A DNA stretch of 64,000 nucleotides. Source: a virus. Lineage: Duplodnaviria; Caudoviricetes. Both the position numbers and the translations under genes were made by a program. The stretch covers positions 160,001-224,000 of the IMG/VR virus record IMGVR_UViG_3300035498_000877. The stretch is one strand, 5' to 3'. Each line of letters starts with the position of its first letter. The stretch's first letter is position 1. Positions 57,622 through 64,000 of the stretch are shown here, one piece after another. The notes below the pieces were generated by a model. The model saw nothing but the letters and a program-made list of their open reading frames with translations, was not told the DNA's origin and ran no database searches.

Positions 57622-57954
57622 ATGATTATCATTTATTTAATTATAGAATTGATATATGAATTAAAATCACTTATATGGTTAATAGGAATGCAACCAATTC
57701 TAATTTTTGCATCAGTAGTAACTTCTGAAATATGGTGGGATGGTGATACTATTGATGAAAAGATTGATGAAACCTGTCAATTTTTAGATTGATTGGATAA
57801 ATCAATAGATAGATGTAGAGAGGTGAAAGCAATAACAGGAAGTTGGGCCGTATCGATTTCGATAATTGAATGGGAAGCAATCATAAACAATTACAGAGAA
57901 AATTTATATTACTATGATATGATAGGAGGCAATATAGAAGATGAAGATATATAA
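57622..57954 (+). pseudogene. membrane protein ORF interrupted by an in-frame TGA (57790-57792)
   Basis: RBS GGAGG; hydrophobic N-terminus; the frame stays open for 53 more codons after the TGA and overlaps the next gene. Confidence 0.5.
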
Positions 57955-58294
57955 ATCTGATAGAAATAGTTATTGTACATTTATTATTACTTGTGAAAAG
58001 AAACAACTAAAGAGTATTTTAGAAAAACTAGTAAATATTAGTATTAAGACTAGAGAGATTGAATCATTTAATCTAACAGATAAAATAGTCTGTTTAAATA
58101 AAGGAAACATATTTAAATTTATAACATTGAAGGAATATAATAAACTTAAATCGTCAAATGATGTATCTGATTCAATAACACGTAAAGTTTATGTTCATGG
58201 ATGGGCATTAGATCAAATATTAGACCATTACAGTGATTATCCAAAATTTAACATCATTGATGAAATATTTGAATACTGTGAAGGAGATAAATAG
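57941..58294 (+). CDS. hypothetical protein
   Basis: RBS AGGAGG. Confidence 0.75.
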   Translation: MKIYKSDRNSYCTFIITCEKKQLKSILEKLVNISIKTREIESFNLTDKIVCLNKGNIFKFITLKEYNKLKSSNDVSDSITRKVYVHGWALDQILDHYSDYPKFNIIDEIFEYCEGDK

Positions 58295-58876
58295 ATGCAA
58301 GGTTTAGTTTATGATATTTATAATGAAATCACAGATTTTGTTAATAAGAATAATATAACAGATTTTCCATATCATCATAAAGGAATAATTGCAGGTACTA
58401 AATATACTCCATATTTTATTATAGAAAGTATTCGTAAGTATAAGAAAATCTTCAGGAATGATGATTCCGGTAGATATGCAGATGGATGTTTTTATAATAT
58501 ATTTGAAGAGTTACAATCAATAATACAATCTGGAGATGATGAATTAATGTATCTATGTGATTCAAAAGATCTTTTAGATCACCCATTATATGGAGATTAT
58601 TCTTATTACATGGGGAAGCTAGATAATGGGGTTCCATTTGTATTTATTGATTCATCACATTTGTATTCATATCCATGTAGATTATATATTTATGGAGATT
58701 ATACAATTCAGATATTTGAAGAGAATGCATTTCCTATAATATTGGAGAAAAATGAAACAATGCAACAATTATTAATCAGCCATAATATTAAGTTGATAGG
58801 AATGATATTACAGGATATTCAATTGCCAAAAATTTTAGAAGTTGAAGAAGAAATAAAAAATAAAGAGAGGTTTTAA
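58295..58876 (+). CDS. hypothetical protein
   Basis: RBS AAGGAG; ends within a terminator hairpin. Confidence 0.75.
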   Translation: MQGLVYDIYNEITDFVNKNNITDFPYHHKGIIAGTKYTPYFIIESIRKYKKIFRNDDSGRYADGCFYNIFEELQSIIQSGDDELMYLCDSKDLLDHPLYGDYSYYMGKLDNGVPFVFIDSSHLYSYPCRLYIYGDYTIQIFEENAFPIILEKNETMQQLLISHNIKLIGMILQDIQLPKILEVEEEIKNKERF

Positions 58877-58911
58877 TTTCCTCTCTTTATTTTTATGATT
58901 TTTTGATACAT

Positions 58912-59091
58912 TTAAATTTTTCCTAATTTTCTGTTTATTTCACCGATCTGATAGTTAACCGAGGCTTGCATATCACACAATCTTATATTCTGCATGTAAG
59001 CATTTATTTGCTCTTTTATCCACTGTTGCTCTTCTGGTGTAAATGTAGTACTTCCGAATTGTACCATAGGATCATTGGTAATTGTTGCCAT
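58912..59091 (-). CDS. 59-aa hypothetical protein (not in the ORF track)
   Basis: MATITNDPMVQFGSTTFTPEEQQWIKEQ...; RBS AAGGAGGG; TATATATT promoter at 59164-59171. Confidence 0.75.
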   Translation of the reverse strand: MATITNDPMVQFGSTTFTPEEQQWIKEQINAYMQNIRLCDMQASVNYQIGEINRKLGKI

Positions 59092-59183
59092 AACTAATAC
59101 CCTCCTTTTTAAAAATACATTAATTATCTATCCACGCGAATTTATCTTATTGCTTACATTCATAATATATAATCAAAATATAG

Positions 59184-60149
59184 TTACACCAATTTCAATA
59201 GTTCACCTCTAAAGTTTTTAATTCCTTTAGCTTCTTTAACTATATCAGATGCTGCTATTGAAATAATATTATTTCCTGAAAGTAAAGTTAAAACCATGAA
59301 TATCAAATAATCAATTGTATCAGTAGCCAACATTGACGGAACATAGTAATAGTTGATCCAATCAGATATAAATGATGGCCATGCAATTGTTTTAAGTCTA
59401 GGAGAAAACTCCTTTAATGTATTCAGCATTTCCATTACAGTAGTTGGATTTATTTGATCATAAATTCCTTTAATACGCATTATCTCTGTTTGATCAATTG
59501 ATTTAGTAGTTGATACAGCTAATTTCTCAATTGTATCAGGATCATCCTTAGTTCCAAATATATGTATTAAGAAGAATTTATTGATTACATATCTAATATC
59601 ATCAAGCACTAACTTATCAGACATTATGGAGAATTCTCTATTAATAATCCTTAAAACAAATTGACAATATATATCCATTAATAATCTCTGTAAGAAAACA
59701 TTTGATACAAGATTATCATAATTATTTCTCAATCCATTTGATATTGTTGCACCTATTAGAAGATCTCGTAATATTGGAGCAGATAAATTCATTACTCCAT
59801 CTCTTCCAATCTTAATCCACTTATCCATGAATACATATGTAACATATCCTCTGCTAGTCTTAACTGTCATAAATGGAAGTGCTTGACTAGTAGATAGTGA
59901 AGCTACATTATTGTATAATAATACAACTTTTCCTTCATTGAATGCTTTAACTGCAGCCATAGTCAATGTATCAGTAATCATTTTAACTTGTATATATGCT
60001 GCTTCAATATCAGTATTAGATAATTTTTGAGCATTCTTTATTAAATCGATTGCTTTATCTTGTGCACTTTTTCCAGTTGAAGTTTCATTAATTCCTTTAT
60101 ATACTGCTGAAGTTCCCAATGATGATTCAGTATAATAACTCATTCCCAT
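59184..60149 (-). CDS. hypothetical protein (321 aa), possibly virion/head
   Basis: RBS AAGGAG; N-terminal YTES possible processing site. Confidence 0.7.
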   Translation of the reverse strand: MGMSYYTESSLGTSAVYKGINETSTGKSAQDKAIDLIKNAQKLSNTDIEAAYIQVKMITDTLTMAAVKAFNEGKVVLLYNNVASLSTSQALPFMTVKTSRGYVTYVFMDKWIKIGRDGVMNLSAPILRDLLIGATISNGLRNNYDNLVSNVFLQRLLMDIYCQFVLRIINREFSIMSDKLVLDDIRYVINKFFLIHIFGTKDDPDTIEKLAVSTTKSIDQTEIMRIKGIYDQINPTTVMEMLNTLKEFSPRLKTIAWPSFISDWINYYYVPSMLATDTIDYLIFMVLTLLSGNNIISIAASDIVKEAKGIKNFRGELLKLV

Positions 60150-60151
60150 TT

Positions 60152-60382
60152 CTATTCATCTCCTTTATTTAAATTAATTGGATCATTTGCAATTTTAACT
60201 AAACATGCATATCTTATTACTGTAGCATAAGAATATTTATCGTTAAAATGATCTATTCCAATAATAGTATATGTATTTCTTGAATTCTGAAGTTCATCAA
60301 TAAAACTATTGATTTTATTCTCAAGATCATCAAGATCGGAATCATATAATATTTTTACTCTTTCTTTTGGTCCATTAATCAT
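60152..60382 (-). CDS. Cse60/DUF2758-like small protein
   Basis: Start MINGPK after AGGAGG; VKIL..DLENKINSF...II.I...Y..VIRY pattern. Confidence 0.45.
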   Translation of the reverse strand: MINGPKERVKILYDSDLDDLENKINSFIDELQNSRNTYTIIGIDHFNDKYSYATVIRYACLVKIANDPINLNKGDE

Positions 60383-60407
60383 ATTTATATTTCCTCCTAA
60401 TATCATT

Positions 60408-61292
60408 TTAAATTGTGGTCATCGATTTACTATTAAGCAAATCATCAACAACATAGTACAATGAGAACAATTCATTCTCTTTAATCTCGTTATATATATC
60501 TTCCTTATTACCCCTTATACATTTTATATCATCTAATGTTAGGTTTATTTTTGTATAATCAGTAATAATAGTTACAAGTTCTCGAGTGAGTGGTAATACA
60601 TTTTTATTGTTTATTAATATTTCTCTTGGTTTTGGTTTAATCTTTGTCAAATTATTATATATTCCATCAATAGATCCAAATTGCTGCATTAGTTGTAATG
60701 CAGTTACTTCACCTATTCCTGGAATACCTGGAATATTATCTGATCTATCACCTTGTAACATTTTTAATTCAATCCACTGTTCTGGGGTTAGATGATATCT
60801 TTCCATTAAAACATCATTGTCAATAATTTCTTTATTTCGATGATTGTATATATAAGTATTTTCATTTATTAATTGATATAAATCTCTATCGGTTGAAACT
60901 ATAATACAAATCATATCATTCTCATTTGATAACTTTGCTATCATTCCTAATATATCATCAGCCTCATATAACTCATTATTATTAAATTGATATCCCATCA
61001 TTACTGCTATTGACGATGCTATTCTCATCTGAGTAGATATATCTGTGTCTTGTGGTTTTCTCTGAGCCTTATAGGGTTTATATAATTTACGTCTAAATGT
61101 CTTTGTTCTACTGAGATCATTTGCAAATACTACATAATCTGGATCAAATATATCATTTAATGATCTGAGTTTTAAAAAGAATCCTTTAACAGCATTTACA
61201 TTAATCCCATTGCTGTTGATCAATTTCTCCCCATAATAACTTCCAAATAGAAAGTTATTAAAATCTATTGCTAAAACAATTTTCTTTTCCAT
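60408..61292 (-). CDS. 5'-3' exonuclease / flap endonuclease (PolI N-terminal/T4 RNase H family)
   Basis: LAIDFNN, FRRKLYKPYKAQR, YEADD, STDRDLYQL and GDRSDNIPGIPGIGEVTA. Confidence 0.92.
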   Translation of the reverse strand: MEKKIVLAIDFNNFLFGSYYGEKLINSNGINVNAVKGFFLKLRSLNDIFDPDYVVFANDLSRTKTFRRKLYKPYKAQRKPQDTDISTQMRIASSIAVMMGYQFNNNELYEADDILGMIAKLSNENDMICIIVSTDRDLYQLINENTYIYNHRNKEIIDNDVLMERYHLTPEQWIELKMLQGDRSDNIPGIPGIGEVTALQLMQQFGSIDGIYNNLTKIKPKPREILINNKNVLPLTRELVTIITDYTKINLTLDDIKCIRGNKEDIYNEIKENELFSLYYVVDDLLNSKSMTTI

Positions 61293-61407
61293 AACAATTT
61301 CTCCTTTTCGAATTGATAATATATAATTGACAAAAAATAATTAGAGAAGAGCCTACTCTTCTTTTTATTTATATATTATTATAGTAGAAATAAAATATTA
61401 TTTAAAT

Positions 61408-62115
61408 ATGAAAGGAAGTTTAACCATGAATAGTATAATTGAAACTATGAAAACCAAACATGCATTAGGAAGGTTATTTTGTTATTATATTGAGGATTAT
61501 TATGTATTCATAACTGCCTCAACTAAAGAACAAGAACTGGTATATCAGTATATAATTAATGAATTTAATTATATGAAATATTTTCCCAATATTCCCAATG
61601 CTGATATTATAGTGAAAGAGATTATCAATCGTTATGCTAAATGCAGATGGAATGAAAATACCATCGCAAATAATTTAAATAAAAAATATAGTTGGCTTAA
61701 TTTAAATTTTGATGAAGATGATATAGATTTTATAATTGAAAGATTTACTGAAAGTGTTTTACTGAAGCCTTATTTCAGAGAGTTAATTAATTCTGGCTTC
61801 CATGGAATATATGAGGAATATGTAGATGCTTGTATGATGATTGGTAAAAAGATGATCAAACTTAAAAACAATCATGAATTATCAAAATTATCTATTTATG
61901 ATATAGGGCTACAGCAATTATCTATATATCGATTAGAGAAGATTGGTGTAAAAATAGTAGGTGATATACTGAGATGTATTAAAGATAATAATTTGATAGA
62001 AAAAGCTAAATTAAGTAAAAATAGTTATGATGATATAATTTCAACTTTAATAAAGATTGGATATACAGATTCATATCTTAAAGATCTTAGAGAGCTTTCA
62101 GAAGGAGAAGACTAG
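61408..62115 (+). CDS. protein with a C-terminal RNA polymerase alpha-CTD-like domain
   Basis: SIYDIGLQQLSIYRLEKIGVKIVGDIL...LSKNSYDDIISTLIKIG follows the alpha-CTD helix-hairpin-helix pattern; the true start may be 61426. Confidence 0.55.
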   Translation: MKGSLTMNSIIETMKTKHALGRLFCYYIEDYYVFITASTKEQELVYQYIINEFNYMKYFPNIPNADIIVKEIINRYAKCRWNENTIANNLNKKYSWLNLNFDEDDIDFIIERFTESVLLKPYFRELINSGFHGIYEEYVDACMMIGKKMIKLKNNHELSKLSIYDIGLQQLSIYRLEKIGVKIVGDILRCIKDNNLIEKAKLSKNSYDDIISTLIKIGYTDSYLKDLRELSEGED

Positions 62116-62116
62116 T

Positions 62117-62830
62117 ATGTATGACCCAAAGCAATCATTATGGTTTAATCCAGACATACAATACATATTCAATCAAGAAATTATAGAGTATGATTTAAGA
62201 GATGCTGGATTTAATTTAATTAAACAATATAATTTATTACCATTATCGGAAATAAATAGATTAGAGCAAATTGGTAAAGGTTTAGCTAGACATATTGAAA
62301 TTGGTAAACTTGAAAGAGATAATAAAAAATTATCTCAAGAGTTAGGATATAGATTTGCTGATATACGAAAGATATTTATTACTACAAATAATATTTCTAA
62401 CAACAATATACTTGCAGTAAAAAAAGATGCATTATTTGTAATAGGAAGTGTAGACAGAACTAAATTTGGTTTACTAGAATTTGCTAGAAAGAATGTCTAT
62501 TCATCATATATTAGATTTATTAATATAAACAATCTAGAGTTATATTATAATAATGAAGGAATAGATATCAAAGGTATGAGTGATTCTGCAATTAATCGTC
62601 ATCGTTTATATATGTATGATTTCTTAATACAAATGATCGGTCTTATAGAATCAAATAATAAGAAAGCTAAAAGAGTATTAGTTGAATTTATTGATAATTA
62701 TAAAACAGGGAAATTAGATGCAGAATATTATTATGAATTCAATAATATGAGTAGTAATACTAATATGGCTTTTAATTATCAGAATATACTTATACCATTG
62801 ACGCAAATCGTATTAAAAGAGGTCAATTAA
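62117..62830 (+). CDS. minimal divergent family-B-like polymerase palm protein
   Basis: Start MYDPKQ after AAGGAG; motif A-like IIEYDLRDAGFN, motif C-like AVKKDALF, and IDIKG. Confidence 0.55.
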   Translation: MYDPKQSLWFNPDIQYIFNQEIIEYDLRDAGFNLIKQYNLLPLSEINRLEQIGKGLARHIEIGKLERDNKKLSQELGYRFADIRKIFITTNNISNNNILAVKKDALFVIGSVDRTKFGLLEFARKNVYSSYIRFININNLELYYNNEGIDIKGMSDSAINRHRLYMYDFLIQMIGLIESNNKKAKRVLVEFIDNYKTGKLDAEYYYEFNNMSSNTNMAFNYQNILIPLTQIVLKEVN

Positions 62831-63502
62831 ATGAAAGATGACATATATCTTATATTTAGGAAGTACAAGAAAAATGAAAGAATTAATGCAGAACGTCATT
62901 CATTGTATGGGTGGTCCAAATCTTCTAGTGCCATAGCAGCTTTCTTAGCTCAAAGAGATAATAAGAAATATAAAGTTGTTAAATATGATTATGAAGATCT
63001 TAAACTGGAAGTACCATATGTATCTAATGAATTACTGACTCCTGAAACAATGATTGATTATGTAGAATTAACTTCTGCTCAAGATGGTTCTAAAACATAT
63101 CTATTCACAACGTCTAATGAAATGATGGAAACTGAGAAGAAAATTCAAAGATTATTCCATGATTTATCTTCAACTGCGAAAATAAATGGTAAAGGTGATT
63201 ATCTGAATATGATAATTAACTTAAATCCATATTACAGAATTCCATTATTTTATATAGGGTATAGACCAGAGGAAATAGATATATTATATCCATCTGCAGA
63301 TGAGTCAGATAATATTGCACCACTCAGTTATATTGAGCAATGCATTGATGATGCATATGAAGATGTGAATGATTTTACTGATGATAATCTTGAGCGATAT
63401 CACTATCTTCCGGGACAAATGGGTCTTGATGAAGCAAATATATCGGCTAAGGTAATATACTCATTAGAATCATTTATAAAGGTGATGGTTGATGATATGT
63501 AA
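62831..63502 (+). CDS. hypothetical protein
   Basis: ORF directly abutting the previous gene. Confidence 0.75.
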   Translation: MKDDIYLIFRKYKKNERINAERHSLYGWSKSSSAIAAFLAQRDNKKYKVVKYDYEDLKLEVPYVSNELLTPETMIDYVELTSAQDGSKTYLFTTSNEMMETEKKIQRLFHDLSSTAKINGKGDYLNMIINLNPYYRIPLFYIGYRPEEIDILYPSADESDNIAPLSYIEQCIDDAYEDVNDFTDDNLERYHYLPGQMGLDEANISAKVIYSLESFIKVMVDDM

Positions 63503-63516
63503 AAGGAGGATTTAAA

Positions 63517-63831
63517 ATGAAGAAAGATATAACTTTAGATCAAGTTGAGGTTGAAAGGGTAAGAAAAAACCATTATGAAGGTATAAGTATGTTGATAGCT
63601 ATGGCTGCAGTAGCTATAGGTATGATTTTCTATGTTCTTTCTACAATTAGAAGCAATGCCTATAGATATGCATATATCACTCTTCCAACTGGACAAGTTA
63701 TAGAAGGTGATATAGAAAGTCTTCGTGAATATGATGATGGTAAGGTTGAAATTACTATTGATGGAACTAAATACACAACTAGTATTATGAATGCAGTAAT
63801 AGTTAATAAAGGAGGAAATGAAAATGATTAA
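63517..63831 (+). CDS. small membrane protein
   Basis: One TM helix; RBS AAGGAGG. Confidence 0.75.
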   Translation: MKKDITLDQVEVERVRKNHYEGISMLIAMAAVAIGMIFYVLSTIRSNAYRYAYITLPTGQVIEGDIESLREYDDGKVEITIDGTKYTTSIMNAVIVNKGGNEND

Positions 63832-64000
63832 AATTGAAAATGCTGAAATATTTGGATGGAATGCTGCTCTTAGAGGTATGAGAAACCCACATAATAGTTG
63901 GGATAAATCAGATTCATTTGTAAAGACAATTGATTATTGTGCTTATCATCATGAAGAATGTTTTAATTGTGAGCACTATGATGATTGTGGTGATTGGGAT
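63824..64000 (+). CDS. ThyX-like (flavin-dependent thymidylate synthase family) protein, 3' truncated
   Basis: MIKIENAEIFGWNAALRGMRNPHNSWDKSDS is an N-terminus typical of phage ThyX-annotated proteins; the catalytic region lies outside the window. Confidence 0.55.
   Translation, partial: MIKIENAEIFGWNAALRGMRNPHNSWDKSDSFVKTIDYCAYHHEECFNCEHYDDCGDWD

Noticed and set aside
1-64000. Stop-codon reassignment as in some gut jumbo phages
   Set aside because: Coding density is high under code 11, and TAG/TGA end genes right before RBSs or terminators.

Overview
A very AT-rich, densely coding segment of a jumbo bacteriophage genome. It uses the standard genetic code, and strong AGGAGG-type RBSs suggest a Firmicutes/Clostridia host; the gene content resembles AR9/PBS1/phiKZ-related giants. 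It carries virion genes: tail fibres, a 2665-aa probable baseplate protein, a neck-like protein, and a 3124-aa tape-measure protein with M23, NlpC/P60-like and tail-lysozyme domains. Replication genes include an SF2 helicase, a T4-type primase, a truncated/split family-B polymerase, a separate minimal PolB-like palm protein, a flap/5'-3' exonuclease, GyrB and the start of a ThyX-like gene. A tubulin/FtsZ-family (PhuZ/TubZ-like) gene lies next to a BCS1-like AAA ATPase. Two self-splicing elements are readable directly from the sequence: an ORF-less group I intron in the TOPRIM DxD motif of gyrB (52816-53207) and a Pro-initiated class-3 (WCT) intein in the AAA Walker A motif. The most unusual signals are non-coding. 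(i) A promoter-driven, ~225-nt rod-shaped RNA candidate (56920-57144) exposes anti-Shine-Dalgarno motifs, one of them complementary to (ii) a 103-bp promoter/leader/RBS cassette present twice in inverted orientation about 12 kb apart in front of small accessory genes. (iii) A branched palindromic, ACGT-rich intergenic element is an origin or ncRNA candidate. Two promoter classes can be inferred: TATATATT (early/replication genes) and AC-N7-TAA (virion genes). All functional calls come from motif recognition by eye; no database search was run.
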